Virus record (IMG/VR): IMGVR_UViG_3300027804_000045 | Location: 1 to 64,000 of that record | Length of the DNA stretch: 64,000 bases | Reading direction: 5' to 3' (one strand) | From: a virus | Part shown: positions 1 through 9,283 of the stretch, one piece after another | Layout: each line of letters begins with the position of its first letter | Position numbering within the stretch: position 1 is the stretch's first letter | Position numbers and translations under genes: made by a program | Notes under the pieces: model-generated | The model's input: the letters and a program-made list of their open reading frames with translations, nothing else | What the model was told of the DNA's origin: nothing | Database searches by the model: none

Positions 1-128
1 ATAGTGCTGCCAAGTGCGCCGCCAGCAATCGCACCCAACACTTGTTCCGTACTTGGACCTTCTTGGGCCATCACGCTTGAGCCAAATAGGAGGCCTACAA
101 ACATAGCAACTAAAAGTTTTTGTAACAT
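1..128 (-). CDS. Glycine-zipper membrane/secreted protein (5' part; runs off window edge)
   Basis: Manual translation MLQKLLVAMFVGLLFGSSVMAQEGPSTEQVLGAIAGGALGST...: signal peptide followed by a GAIAGGALG glycine zipper; GGAG SD upstream. Confidence 0.6.
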   Translation of the reverse strand, partial: MLQKLLVAMFVGLLFGSSVMAQEGPSTEQVLGAIAGGALGST

Positions 129-152
129 AAATCATAGCTCCTAAAATACTAT

Positions 153-413
153 TTAGATTATACCCATCATTGTAGCGATACCTACAGCATTGATGATCGC
201 CATGATGAAATTGACAAGTATGATAGCCTTATCATTCCATCGTATACCAACATACATCCAACCAACAGCACCGATCCAACTAGCGATGGCGTCATAGATG
301 ATGAGGTCGGCATTACCTGTACCGCGACCCAATGCCATACCTACAAGCATGATGATGCTGACAACCCACTTGACGTACCAAATGTGGTCTTGCTGTTTTA
401 GATAATCAATCAT
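153..413 (-). CDS. Small multi-pass membrane protein
   Basis: 86 aa with three hydrophobic segments and a WND.AII..N motif. Confidence 0.6.
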   Translation of the reverse strand: MIDYLKQQDHIWYVKWVVSIIMLVGMALGRGTGNADLIIYDAIASWIGAVGWMYVGIRWNDKAIILVNFIMAIINAVGIATMMGII

Positions 414-415
414 GT

Positions 416-586
416 TTATGATTGTCGTTCTGCTTCATCAAGCAATACAACTGTCCAACCAGTGAAGGCGATAATGTATGCCAACATTAGAGTATAATCA
501 TTTGTCAAAAAACTATACAGTACCATGCCGGCAGTAAAAGCACTAAGCAATAATGAAATAGCAATACCAAGTTTCTTACGTGTCAT
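416..586 (-). CDS. Small 2-TM hypothetical protein (56 aa, not in ORF track)
   Basis: Manual translation MTRKKLGIAISLLLSAFTAGMVLYSFLTNDYTLMLAYIIAFTGWTVVLLDEAERQS; GGAGG SD upstream. Confidence 0.5.
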   Translation of the reverse strand: MTRKKLGIAISLLLSAFTAGMVLYSFLTNDYTLMLAYIIAFTGWTVVLLDEAERQS

Positions 587-800
587 ATATCCTCCGTTAT
601 TATCCTACAAAGATCCAATACAATGGCACTAATACAAAATACACAAAAAAGGTATTAGCAAGTGCGACCTTATGAAAATTCTCGTCACTAAAAATATCTT
701 TCATATCAAAACCATCCTGAGTATTCAATTAGCCAATAGATAAAACCCATAGCAACGTAGATACCTACGCAAATGAGTAAGAATTCTAACACAACACGCC

Positions 801-1079
801 TCATTCTTCAATATCCTGTTTATCCATTTGTGGATGATATTCGCGTACCAATTGTTCAAACTGACGGAACAGTTTATTGAAACGAATTTCATACATTTGT
901 TCCATACCCATTAGTACATTAGTAATCTGATCCTTAGTCATATCACCCTCAAGTACCTCTTCGCTAAGGTCCTTGATATCAGTAGTGACATGCCAGCAAC
1001 TCATAATCTGCTGCTCAAAATCAAAACGATTGAACGCCGCAAAAATCTTACCATCCTTATCTACAAATGCTTTAGCCAT
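801..1079 (-). CDS. Hypothetical phage protein
   Basis: 92 aa ORF with GGAG SD; RFDFEQQIM..W motif; co-oriented with neighbours. Confidence 0.6.
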   Translation of the reverse strand: MAKAFVDKDGKIFAAFNRFDFEQQIMSCWHVTTDIKDLSEEVLEGDMTKDQITNVLMGMEQMYEIRFNKLFRQFEQLVREYHPQMDKQDIEE

Positions 1080-1119
1080 ATTACTTTACTCCAAAATGTT
1101 CTTTGATCTGTTTGAAATG

Positions 1120-1731
1120 TTAGCCGTGTGTGAGCCCAAAATCTTCATATCCAGACTCCTTGGCATGTTCATCGCAAAGAGTGCGAATCCATTTACCGTT
1201 TCGAATTTTACCAGACGAGCCACAGACTTCACAGGTCACAGCACTCATTGATTCAGCCATGCTTTCTACTCCACGGCAGTAATCATCCCCTCCATAATAA
1301 TAGAAACGCAGTGTACCAAACTTCTCTTTGATCTGAGTGGCAATAACTTGAGGACACGCTTCGGGAACTCTTTTACACTGCGGTTCAATATCTTCAAGAA
1401 CCTTTCTAGCCTCCTGAATGCCATAATCACTTGGCTCTGTTGCATATTTGTCAAATGTAAAGTGCATTTGCAGAGGACGAACATCGCCTCTTACTGCACG
1501 ACGCAAAGCACGATTGTAGCGCAATGCTCTTGCTCTTTGCGCTCGGGTGTAATCGATATGCCCTTGAATAAGAGAACATGCCTTATCAAGAATGTTATAC
1601 CAACCATCACGACATTCAAATCCCCAACACATGGCTGTATCGCGCATGTTGCCATTGCGATCCCGAAAGATCTTCGGATACTTCTTACACAGTGCTTCGT
1701 CTAGTTCTTTACGCATGTCACTCATCTCCAA
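1120..1731 (-). CDS. Conserved phage hypothetical protein with C-terminal Zn-ribbon
   Basis: QIKEKFGTLRFY motif and CEVCG...LCDEH metal-binding residues. Confidence 0.65.
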   Translation of the reverse strand: MEMSDMRKELDEALCKKYPKIFRDRNGNMRDTAMCWGFECRDGWYNILDKACSLIQGHIDYTRAQRARALRYNRALRRAVRGDVRPLQMHFTFDKYATEPSDYGIQEARKVLEDIEPQCKRVPEACPQVIATQIKEKFGTLRFYYYGGDDYCRGVESMAESMSAVTCEVCGSSGKIRNGKWIRTLCDEHAKESGYEDFGLTHG

Positions 1732-1942
1732 AATGTTTCAAAACATAATGACCAGGAGTGTAAGATTGATATTGATTTATTGTTGCAATATCGGCACACT
1801 CTTTGATAATCAACTCGGCGAACTTTTGGATAACTGCTGCGTCGCCAAAAAATATCTGTCTTGGACCGTCTATAACATGGGTCCTGGTAGTTGTCTCAAA
1901 CTTTGCTTGTTCAGCAAGTTCACGAATTCGTTCGTTCATCAC
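1718..1942 (-). CDS. Small hypothetical protein (KFAELIIKEC family)
   Basis: MNERIRELAEQA...KFAELIIKEC...HFG; paralogous to 62839..63057. Confidence 0.6.
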   Translation of the reverse strand: MMNERIRELAEQAKFETTTRTHVIDGPRQIFFGDAAVIQKFAELIIKECADIATINQYQSYTPGHYVLKHFGDE

Positions 1943-2077
1943 TCATCTCCAAAATTTTGTTTCAGCCCACAATGCGGACAATATAATTTCTTGGGCTTCC
2001 AATCATCTACTGCTGCAATGCTCCACCAATTACGGCAACTGTCGCAAACGAAATGCCATATCGTTTCTTTACTGACA

Positions 2078-2497
2078 TTAGCCACGGCGCATCCTGCTAA
2101 TGTCCTTCATCTGCTCTTCGTCAATTACTGGAACAGCATTACTCTTGTGCATGGTAGCGATACCCTTGACAAGTGTACCTGTATACTTCAATGGTTCACG
2201 CTTGTTAGTATTACCAGCAACAATACCGAGGCTCTGATGTTGTACACGATCAACATAGCGTGGGTGAGTAGTTGTGCTAGCCTGTAATGTCTTGAACACA
2301 GGCTTATCTAACTTGACCTTACCAAGACGGTTATCGCAATACTCATCAAAGGTAATCTTGGACATACCCTGCGACTTACGCAACTTGTTGTCAGCCATCC
2401 AGTCAAACTCCCACTCTTCACGCTTACGCTTGGTAAGTTTGAAGGTTGACTTGCGTGTGCTAAGGCTGGATAGACCGCGTTGTAGATGCATCGTCAT
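2078..2497 (-). CDS. Conserved basic phage hypothetical protein
   Basis: C-terminal YTG...GIATMHKSNAVPV motif, which I recognise from large myophage proteins. Confidence 0.65.
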   Translation of the reverse strand: MTMHLQRGLSSLSTRKSTFKLTKRKREEWEFDWMADNKLRKSQGMSKITFDEYCDNRLGKVKLDKPVFKTLQASTTTHPRYVDRVQHQSLGIVAGNTNKREPLKYTGTLVKGIATMHKSNAVPVIDEEQMKDISRMRRG

Positions 2498-2506
2498 GTT
2501 TATATC

Positions 2507-2755
2507 TTACTCTAGTTCAGTATCAGTGTCAAGTTCACTTACCCTTTCCTTAACATCATCCATAATCTCTAAAATATCCTGGTTGTCGATGACCTCAAAA
2601 TCATAAAATTCTATCAGTGCCTTGATGATGCGTATGTCGCGTTCATTGATGACAGTAATATCACGCTGTCCTATATCGTCCAAATATTCAATGAGTGCAT
2701 CAAGCATACGCACATACTTTTTTTGCCACTCGGGTTCTATATATTCAGATGTCAT
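2507..2755 (-). CDS. Acidic hypothetical protein
   Basis: 82 aa ORF tiling between neighbours. Confidence 0.5.
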   Translation of the reverse strand: MTSEYIEPEWQKKYVRMLDALIEYLDDIGQRDITVINERDIRIIKALIEFYDFEVIDNQDILEIMDDVKERVSELDTDTELE

Positions 2756-2758
2756 AAC

Positions 2759-3088
2759 TTATTTTAGCACTTCATCAAGGTGTTTACAATAGTTACGGAA
2801 AGTATAGCCCGGGCAAGTGCAAGACTTAGCATCGGGGTCTACCCAATATGTATTACCCTTGCTACCTGCTACCTTGATCAAGTTACTCTCGACCTTGACC
2901 TTGAAGGGATTCTGTTTCAGTTCGATGAAAGTGCGACCACGACGATCCAAATTGAGTGGCTTATTGAGCGTGATGATCTTAGTAGTGCCCTTGGGTATGT
3001 ACGATACGATCTTGCTACCGTCCATGAGGTAAGTATGATTGGGCTGGATGTCGCTTTTCCAAACTGTAGTTTCTTGTATCGCAATCAT
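2759..3088 (-). CDS. SWIM zinc-finger protein
   Basis: GSKGNTY.V...SCTCPGYTFRNYCKH = CxC-x7-CxH SWIM pattern. Confidence 0.75.
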   Translation of the reverse strand: MIAIQETTVWKSDIQPNHTYLMDGSKIVSYIPKGTTKIITLNKPLNLDRRGRTFIELKQNPFKVKVESNLIKVAGSKGNTYWVDPDAKSCTCPGYTFRNYCKHLDEVLK

Positions 3089-3101
3089 ACATCACCTATA
3101 T

Positions 3102-3147
3102 AAAAAGATGCGGGACTTGAACGCTTCAAGTAAGCAGGGGCGCCCGC
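3102..3147 (-). terminator. Possible intrinsic terminator / bulged hairpin
   Basis: Minus strand GCGGG-CGCCCCTGCTT-ACTTGAA-GCG-TTCAAGT-CCCGC followed by ATCTTTTT. Confidence 0.4.
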
Positions 3148-3155
3148 GGACCCAA

Positions 3156-3605
3156 TCACGAACCAGTAATTAGTAAGAGAGTGTCACCGCTCTTACGAAA
3201 GTCCTCAATGTACACATGATGCTCATCACCACTGTCACGGATACAGGCATTAGCCGCGACATAGAGTGCCGCCCAAGTGTTACCATTGATAGCCTGAGTC
3301 ACAACACCATTGCCCCAATGATCCTTGTAGGATACATACTTAGCACCCTCGTAAGGATGATTGTCGCTAAGGTTGTCGACCTCAGTCACAGACCAAATCG
3401 TGTCAAGACCAAGGTCAGTCTTGACCTGGCTGTAGTGATCGTAACGACGATCCTTGATAGCCTGCTCCTGCTCGTAAGCACCCTTGAGCGCGCCACGAAT
3501 CTCCTCGACTAGTGACTGGACCTCGGGCTTATCAACCTGACCCAAGTACCAGAGGGCGTTGTGAATCGTCTCAAACTCTTTAGCAGTCAATGTAACCGGA
3601 ACCAT
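3156..3605 (-). CDS. Early hypothetical protein
   Basis: 149 aa ORF directly downstream of a sigma70 promoter with AAGGAG SD. Confidence 0.65.
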   Translation of the reverse strand: MVPVTLTAKEFETIHNALWYLGQVDKPEVQSLVEEIRGALKGAYEQEQAIKDRRYDHYSQVKTDLGLDTIWSVTEVDNLSDNHPYEGAKYVSYKDHWGNGVVTQAINGNTWAALYVAANACIRDSGDEHHVYIEDFRKSGDTLLLITGS

Positions 3606-3634
3606 AAAAAACTCCTTGAATCAACTATAGATAT

Positions 3635-3663
3635 ATGGTAACACAATGTTACCCAAATGTCAA
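3635..3663 (-). promoter_or_regulatory. Sigma70-type early promoter
   Basis: TTGACA-17 bp-TACCAT, then leader ATATCTATAGTTGATTCAAGGAG. Confidence 0.7.
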
Positions 3664-3666
3664 GCC

Positions 3667-3924
3667 TTAGGCAAACTCGTAAAATTTCACAGAAGGATCC
3701 AACTGCTTGAGTTCCCGAGCAGCCTGTGTCAACTCATTGTACAGCGCCTGAACCTGACTACGCGGACGCTCACCATCGCAGGTCAGATTCTCGGGGCTAA
3801 GGTCGCTGTCAATGCTGTTAGCGATTTTCTGACGATCCTGTGCGTTATTCAGATCCAGGGCTTTGCCACCGAAAAACTTATTCCAGTCATTCTTGCGGGC
3901 AACATAATTCTGAAGAGTTCGCAT
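3667..3924 (-). CDS. Early hypothetical protein (LSPENLTCDGE motif)
   Basis: 85 aa; own promoter and GGAG SD. Confidence 0.7.
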   Translation of the reverse strand: MRTLQNYVARKNDWNKFFGGKALDLNNAQDRQKIANSIDSDLSPENLTCDGERPRSQVQALYNELTQAARELKQLDPSVKFYEFA

Positions 3925-3953
3925 ATCAATCTCCGTTCGTTCAGTATGTAGAT

Positions 3954-3982
3954 ATTATACGCCCAAAATGATTGAATGTCAA
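3954..3982 (-). promoter_or_regulatory. Sigma70-type early promoter (perfect consensus)
   Basis: TTGACA-17 bp-TATAAT, then leader ATCTACATACTGAACGAACGGAG. Confidence 0.85.
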
Positions 3983-4173
3983 CCGTTTTGAATCGCCTCG
4001 TAAACCATCTCACGGACTACGGTATCGGTCGCTTCCTCATAACCATCAAGTGTTCCAATGTCGTACAGAACATCAACGATTTGATCCCATTCAAGATTGT
4101 TTGCCTTTGCGGTCAAAACAACACCTTGAATCAAAGCATTACCCGCTTCTGAGAACATTCCGAAATTTGTCAT
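3979..4173 (-). CDS. Small early hypothetical protein
   Basis: 64 aa; FGMFSEAGN...EATDTVVRE; own promoter. Confidence 0.65.
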   Translation of the reverse strand: MTNFGMFSEAGNALIQGVVLTAKANNLEWDQIVDVLYDIGTLDGYEEATDTVVREMVYEAIQNG

Positions 4174-4204
4174 AAAAGTCCTTTAATCAACTGTCTAAGA
4201 TTCT

Positions 4205-4233
4205 ATTATACGGGTTTTTCAACCCAAAGTCAA
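4205..4233 (-). promoter_or_regulatory. Sigma70-type early promoter
   Basis: TTGACT-17 bp-TATAAT. Confidence 0.8.
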
Positions 4234-4270
4234 GCCTTTTTATCCACTATTTTACCAGAAAAACCATTGG

Positions 4271-4308
4271 AAATCAATAACTTACGTGGGTGTGTAAGTT
4301 ATTGATTT
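4271..4308. repeat. 15-bp perfect inverted repeat (operator-like)
   Basis: AAATCAATAACTTAC-gtgggtgt-GTAAGTTATTGATTT; half-sites recur at about 17430 and 22884. Confidence 0.85.
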
Positions 4309-4324
4309 TATTAGGGTTATTATT

Positions 4325-4924
4325 TTACTCGGATTTGGGGCGTTTTTCTAGTACACTGTCAACTAGACCGTAGTCTAATGCCTGTTGTGCTGACATAAAG
4401 AAGTCACGTTCCATGTCCTTAGCAAGTTCCTCATAGGTTTTGCCTACGCTGTTGTGCTTGACATAGATATTGGTTAGGTTCTTTTTCATTTCAAGAATCT
4501 CACGCACTTGAATTTCCATATCAGTTGCTTGACCACGCGCACCGCCGCTTGGCTGGTGAATCATGTGACGAGCATTTGGAAGAATCATACGCTTACCCTT
4601 GGCACCTGCTTGAGCAAGCAAACTACCCATGCTACATGCCTGACCCATTACAATCGTTGTAACGTCTGGGCTGATAAATTGCATAGCATCATAGATAGCC
4701 ATACCAGCAGTTACGCTACCACCTGGGCTGTTGATGTACAGGCTAATATCCTTTTCAGGATTTTCGCTCTCAAGGTAAAGCAACTGAGCGACAATCAGAT
4801 TTGCCATCTGATCATGAACCTCGCCTTCAAGCAAGATTACACGGTCGCGCAACAAACGACTGTAGATATCATAACTGCGCTCACCGCGGCTAGTCTGTTC
4901 TAAAACAATAGGTACAAGGCTCAT
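4325..4924 (-). CDS. clpP: ATP-dependent Clp protease proteolytic subunit
   Basis: [20 protein letters not shown], catalytic Ser in ACSMG, His in IHQPSGG, Asp in ERDFF. Confidence 0.97.
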   Translation of the reverse strand: MSLVPIVLEQTSRGERSYDIYSRLLRDRVILLEGEVHDQMANLIVAQLLYLESENPEKDISLYINSPGGSVTAGMAIYDAMQFISPDVTTIVMGQACSMGSLLAQAGAKGKRMILPNARHMIHQPSGGARGQATDMEIQVREILEMKKNLTNIYVKHNSVGKTYEELAKDMERDFFMSAQQALDYGLVDSVLEKRPKSE

Positions 4925-4986
4925 AGTAACTCCTATAAAATAAAAACAATTATAGCTGTTGTAATTAGTAAAATCAACCAGAACGG

Positions 4987-6513
4987 TTATTTTCTTTTTT
5001 GTCTGCCTACACCCTTATCAGATTTTGGCTTCATGCTGATTGGCTTACTTGTACCCTGTGCAATTTGTTTTGCTGCTTTGGCTAAATTAATATCGGGTGT
5101 AGTTTTCTTGGCGCTTGGTTCGCTATTATCTTCTTTTGGTTTACCTGTGCCTCTATCGATCTTAAATGTAAAGTTACCTTTTATACCTGTGCTAAAATAG
5201 TTTTTGCTTGCTGATAGATAGACACCTTTGATGCTTTCGCCGGGATATACAGTATCAAAACTTTGCAATACCCAACTATCCTTATCTTGTTTTGCTTTTG
5301 TATATACCTGAACTAATGCACCGTTGTTTAATATTTCAGATGCAGCCTTGCTAAAATCTGTTTTGTCATTGACTTCGATTGCTGCCAGTGTAGCAACACT
5401 TGCCAATAAGTGATAAAAGAGATTGACACTTTCTGGATTATCAGTATCACGACCTTTTGCAAGTTTAGTCAAATTTTTACCTAAATTCATTTTGTCGATA
5501 TCTTTTAGGTTTATAGGCTTCGTATTACGCAATCTCAAAATAGTATCAGCTTCATCTTGCGTGATGATATCATACTTCACACCAAGATATAATGGCGCTT
5601 TCACTTGACCTTGATTTTGTATTTCGCGCATCAAATCAATACTATCTTTATAATTTTTTATTAGTTTTCTACCAGCAGGCGTCTCGTTCAACTCATTTAC
5701 GCTATCTATAAGATTTTTAGCACTTGCTTGCGCACCTTTGCCGCCTTTAGTGCTGACCTTGACAGTCTTGCCTTCATTACTAGTCAATATGCTATCGCTA
5801 AGACCTGCGTTCTTCGCGCTGTCGAATGATATCAATGTGCCAGCGAAACTACCACCTAGAAAGATTTCTGCTGCTTCGCCTGCATTACCTGTGTATGAAC
5901 CAACTTGCAATGCCATTGGTTGTAATATCTCACAGAAGTAATCTCTGAATCCAGTAAAACTAACTCCTTGCGGTATATCAAAACGAATGGGAAATTTCTC
6001 ACCCTGTGCTATGCGTTTAGCAAGAATAGTCAACGAATTGTTCGGTCCTAATTTAGGATTTTCTTCTAGTTGAGCAATTATATCTGCGCTAGTTAGATTA
6101 TCTCGCTTTGTTAATAAATCTTGCGGAGTAAGTTCCGATTGTATTTTTTCAGCAGCTCTACCGGCAAATCTATAACCAGCAACTTCATTAGGTATATAAT
6201 TACTTGTTGGATCAGGTTTTATATTATCTTTAAAAAACCCATATTGAATCTCACCATCACTAGTGTTGAATGTCGCTACAGCTACACCGCCGGTCTTGTT
6301 AGTTTTATTGTTTTGCCATTTTACATTTGCTAATTGTCTTAATAATGCTTCTAGTTGAGATTGTTCAAATTTCCCGCCCTCGCGAGGATAAAATTCAATA
6401 TTGTTGAAAACTATCTCGTCGCCGTTAGCATTTTTAAATTTATCTCCCGGCTTCCTTCCAGCAAGACCGGTACTTTCAGAAAGAACAGTTATGGTGTCTA
6501 ATAAATCGCGCAT
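4987..6513 (-). CDS. 508-aa hypothetical protein; possible head-packaged protein with a PD-(D/E)xK-like segment
   Basis: TAAATA just upstream; N-terminus [13 protein letters not shown]; internal E...GLSDS...VSTKG resembles a restriction-endonuclease-fold variant (weak). Confidence 0.45.
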   Translation of the reverse strand: MRDLLDTITVLSESTGLAGRKPGDKFKNANGDEIVFNNIEFYPREGGKFEQSQLEALLRQLANVKWQNNKTNKTGGVAVATFNTSDGEIQYGFFKDNIKPDPTSNYIPNEVAGYRFAGRAAEKIQSELTPQDLLTKRDNLTSADIIAQLEENPKLGPNNSLTILAKRIAQGEKFPIRFDIPQGVSFTGFRDYFCEILQPMALQVGSYTGNAGEAAEIFLGGSFAGTLISFDSAKNAGLSDSILTSNEGKTVKVSTKGGKGAQASAKNLIDSVNELNETPAGRKLIKNYKDSIDLMREIQNQGQVKAPLYLGVKYDIITQDEADTILRLRNTKPINLKDIDKMNLGKNLTKLAKGRDTDNPESVNLFYHLLASVATLAAIEVNDKTDFSKAASEILNNGALVQVYTKAKQDKDSWVLQSFDTVYPGESIKGVYLSASKNYFSTGIKGNFTFKIDRGTGKPKEDNSEPSAKKTTPDINLAKAAKQIAQGTSKPISMKPKSDKGVGRQKRK

Positions 6514-6528
6514 AATATAGTATTTAGT

Positions 6529-7017
6529 TTAAACTTGGGTAACGTCCTGTTTCTTAAACCAGTGATGGTCTTTTAATGTGTTTTGTTTAAGTGCGATACC
6601 ATATTTTGCTAACTTTTTACGCCAAATATAAAATGTAGGACCATGGCTCATATGTCTAGGCAATCCTCTTTGTACGCGAATATTGCTGTAAACATCCCAT
6701 TGGTACTGATGTACCATTTCATGTGCTAATGTAGATATAAACCATTGACGGCAATAATAACGATCTGCTAGATGTATGGTACAGTAACTTTTAGTCTTGC
6801 GTATAGGACCCTCTGCCCCGCTACACATACCTATAGCATCATATAATCTACATAAAACAAATTTGGGCATAGGTAATCGATTATAGAATATTTCACGGTT
6901 TATTAGCCTAAAAAGTGCTTTTACTTCCTTCATTTTGGGTCGATATGGCTTGCTACGCTGTAAACTCTTCCCGGGAAGCGGCTCATCCATGAGCTTTTTA
7001 AGGTCTCTAAAGCGCAT
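6529..7017 (-). CDS. SprT-like zinc metalloprotease
   Basis: TLAHEMVHQ (HExxH) plus downstream SHGPTF. Start moved to the ATG at 7017, after a TAAATA motif. Confidence 0.8.
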   Translation of the reverse strand: MRFRDLKKLMDEPLPGKSLQRSKPYRPKMKEVKALFRLINREIFYNRLPMPKFVLCRLYDAIGMCSGAEGPIRKTKSYCTIHLADRYYCRQWFISTLAHEMVHQYQWDVYSNIRVQRGLPRHMSHGPTFYIWRKKLAKYGIALKQNTLKDHHWFKKQDVTQV

Positions 7018-7088
7018 ATCCGTATTTAACTTATAAAAAATAATAGTATTATATTTTGGTAGTAAATATAATTTTAGGAGAAACATAT

Positions 7089-7370
7089 ATGTTATGGTTA
7101 TTATTAGCATTAGTCGCACTCGGTGCATTCATTTGGTGGGTAAACCGCGATAACAAGCTCGACTCAAACGACGATGGAAAGATCGATACTCTAGAAGCAA
7201 AGGCTGCCGTTGATAAGGCAGTATCAGTAGCAAAGGCTGCTGCCGACTTAAACAAAGACGGCAAGGTTGATGTCGCTGACGTTAAAGAAGCAGGCAAGAA
7301 GGCCAAGGCTGGAGCCAAGAAGGCTGCAGGTAAGGCAAAGGCTGCTGTTAAGAAAGTAAAGAAAGCCTAA
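7089..7370 (+). CDS. Small membrane-anchored protein with EF-hand-like loops and Lys/Ala-rich tail
   Basis: N-terminal TM; DSNDDGKID and DLNKDGKVD DxDxDG loops; AGGAG SD. Confidence 0.7.
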   Translation: MLWLLLALVALGAFIWWVNRDNKLDSNDDGKIDTLEAKAAVDKAVSVAKAAADLNKDGKVDVADVKEAGKKAKAGAKKAAGKAKAAVKKVKKA

Positions 7371-7378
7371 TACTTTAA

Positions 7379-8062
7379 ATGGTAGACATAGGATTTGATA
7401 TTATCGGGGATCTTAATTTAGAACCCGAAGATAGTTTTGATTGGGAAGGAAAACCAACAAGCCTATACTGCATAATAGCAGGTAATATCAGTAATGATTT
7501 AAGGACGATATATCAGACTTTAAGTCATTTAAATAAATTCTATCAAGGCATATTATACATACCGGGTCTCCTTGAATATAAAGGTCATGATTATGACGTT
7601 CGTACCAAGGAGATATCGGTATTGTGTAAAAAGCTTCCTAAGGTTGCATTACTATATCAGCATGTTGTGATAATAGATGGCATAGCAATTGTCGGTGCCA
7701 ATTGTTATAATGCTGACAATCCGGACGACATCGATTCAGAATTAGTTAGACATCGATTAAATGATATTGCTTACCTTAATAAAAGCGTAAGTAAATTACA
7801 AACACATTTAGACGTTAAAAAAATAATTATCGTAACGTCTTGTATACCTCGACGCCAATTGTATTTTGGTAAAATACCTGATCACGTAGAGGATCATATC
7901 TATCCTGATTATTGTTTGATGTCCGACACTGAGATGAAGATAACTCATTGGATATTCGGCGGCGTCGAATCCTTTACAGATACGGTAATAGGGGCTGTGA
8001 AATATATCAACAACCCCTATTATAAAAAAAGACCTTATTGGCCTAAACGTTTTATCGTTTAA
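7379..8062 (+). CDS. Degenerate calcineurin-like metallophosphoesterase
   Basis: IIGDLNL, IAGNI, YIPG..EY and HWIFG correspond to SDLH/AGD/GNHE/GHxH motifs, but most metal ligands are substituted. Confidence 0.6.
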   Translation: MVDIGFDIIGDLNLEPEDSFDWEGKPTSLYCIIAGNISNDLRTIYQTLSHLNKFYQGILYIPGLLEYKGHDYDVRTKEISVLCKKLPKVALLYQHVVIIDGIAIVGANCYNADNPDDIDSELVRHRLNDIAYLNKSVSKLQTHLDVKKIIIVTSCIPRRQLYFGKIPDHVEDHIYPDYCLMSDTEMKITHWIFGGVESFTDTVIGAVKYINNPYYKKRPYWPKRFIV

Positions 8063-8370
8063 GCTTTCTCAGCTTCAACTTTAACTTGTAATGGATAACC
8101 TTGTGCCCTTGCATCAAGTGTTACCTCAATACCTTTTTGTTCAGCAATCTCATATGGAAGAACAGCGACTACAGCACTACCCTTTTCATGAATGTTTATA
8201 GTGATAGAACTTGCTGTATCTTGATTATAGTTAAAATATGTGATCAATGAAGTCACAACAAATTCCATGCTTGTAACATCATCATTGATATAAATTATCT
8301 TAAAAAGAGGCGGTTCCTGAAGAGTAAGGTTAGGCTTAATCTTTTGCTTGATTTCTGTCTTGTTTCCCAT
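8059..8370 (-). CDS. clpS: ATP-dependent Clp protease adaptor
   Basis: PPLFKIIYINDDVTSMEFVV, IHEKGSAVV, YEIAEQK, GYPL. Confidence 0.95.
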   Translation of the reverse strand: MGNKTEIKQKIKPNLTLQEPPLFKIIYINDDVTSMEFVVTSLITYFNYNQDTASSITINIHEKGSAVVAVLPYEIAEQKGIEVTLDARAQGYPLQVKVEAEKA

Positions 8371-8388
8371 ATTATATCCTCGTTAGAT

Positions 8389-8485
8389 TGTTCGCGGTCA
8401 ATAGTTTGTTCTGTGTTTATCTTCTAGAACTTAAATTCAGACGCCCCGCAGGCAAGAACTGAATAAAACTTATTGACCGCGAACA
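8389..8485 (-). ncRNA. Candidate structured RNA (three-way junction) between hsp20 and clpS
   Basis: 15-bp perfect outer stem TGTTCGCGGTCAATA/TATTGACCGCGAACA enclosing two hairpins (ATTCAG/CTGAAT and GTTCT/AGAAC). Strand inferred from flanking genes. Confidence 0.55.
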
Positions 8486-8503
8486 TTTTATCTTACTATT
8501 ATA

Positions 8504-8965
8504 TTATTTATTGTATGCGATTGCAATCTTCTTGGGCTTCAATTCTTCTGGAACTTTGCGCTCAAGTGTGATTGACAATATACCATTCACGCTCTTAGCA
8601 TCAACCACTTCAACGTGATCAGCAAGAGTAAAGGTGCGAGTGAAGTTACGCGCACTGATTCCTTGATGTACATATGTGATTTCAGTATCTACATCAAGTT
8701 CTTCAAGATTGCGAATTTGATCACCTTCAATAGTAAGAACATTGTTATCAACAGTGATGTTGACATCGCCCTCACGGAAACCAGCAACTGCCAACTCAAT
8801 AACGAACTTATCGTCACTGTACTTGACAATGTTATAGGGAGGATAATTTTGATTTCCCTGTTGTGCTGAAATTCGGTTTAGTTCATTGAAAACATTATCA
8901 AAACCAACTGCGAATTTGTGAATTGACGGAACGTCAAAGGAACGTAATGTTAATGTGTTTGTCAT
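8504..8965 (-). CDS. Small heat-shock protein Hsp20 (IbpA-like)
   Basis: NYPPYNI, IELAVAGF, HQGISARNFTRTFTLADHVEV, NGILSI. Confidence 0.96.
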   Translation of the reverse strand: MTNTLTLRSFDVPSIHKFAVGFDNVFNELNRISAQQGNQNYPPYNIVKYSDDKFVIELAVAGFREGDVNITVDNNVLTIEGDQIRNLEELDVDTEITYVHQGISARNFTRTFTLADHVEVVDAKSVNGILSITLERKVPEELKPKKIAIAYNK

Positions 8966-9030
8966 ATTATTTCTCCTTTTATAAGCAAGTTTATGACTAA
9001 TACAGACCCGACCATCGGCATCTGTATCAA
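8966..9030 (-). promoter_or_regulatory. ROSE-like RNA thermometer candidate in the hsp20 5' UTR
   Basis: Upstream hairpin ATACAGA...TCTGTAT, then CTTGCTT-ATAA-AAGGAG, where UUGCU can pair imperfectly with the SD. Confidence 0.55.
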
Positions 9031-9061
9031 GTATTTATTATACTGGATTATGCAAAAGATA

Positions 9062-9283
9062 TTACTTTTTATGGGTGAATGCGTTTTGCTGGGCTAATTG
9101 TTTTTGCCAGCGTTTCTTAGCCATGCTACGGGCTAATTTCTTTTCTACGCTTGGTTTTGTGTAACGCTCTCTTTTTTGTAAGTCAAGGAGCAAGCCGGAT
9201 TCGGACACCTTCTTTTTAAATTTTCTAAGTGCCTTCTCTACGTTCCCGTCTTTTACTATAACTTTTCTTCCGCTTAAATTCAT
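9062..9283 (-). CDS. rpsU: Ribosomal protein bS21
   Basis: V.V.DGNVEKALRKFKKK...G...RERYTKPS pattern; 73 aa, basic. Confidence 0.92.
   Translation of the reverse strand: MNLSGRKVIVKDGNVEKALRKFKKKVSESGLLLDLQKRERYTKPSVEKKLARSMAKKRWQKQLAQQNAFTHKK

Noticed and set aside
973-2606. Long plus-strand ORFs (e.g. 1592..2287) and similar antisense ORFs such as 9668..10210 and 59008..59586
   Set aside because: They overlap well-supported minus-strand genes and have no recognisable motifs.
3105-3150. GTTCAAGTCCCGC resembling a tRNA T-arm
   Set aside because: No acceptor, D or anticodon arms can be built; better explained as a hairpin or terminator.
3606-4240. CRISPR-like repeat-spacer periodicity
   Set aside because: The repeats are degenerate promoter/leader units separated by 200-450 bp ORFs, not identical repeats with 30-40 bp spacers.
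8389-8485. 6S RNA or hammerhead ribozyme identity for the structured element
   Set aside because: Too short for 6S and lacks its central bubble; no CUGANGA/GAAA core. Kept as an unassigned RNA.
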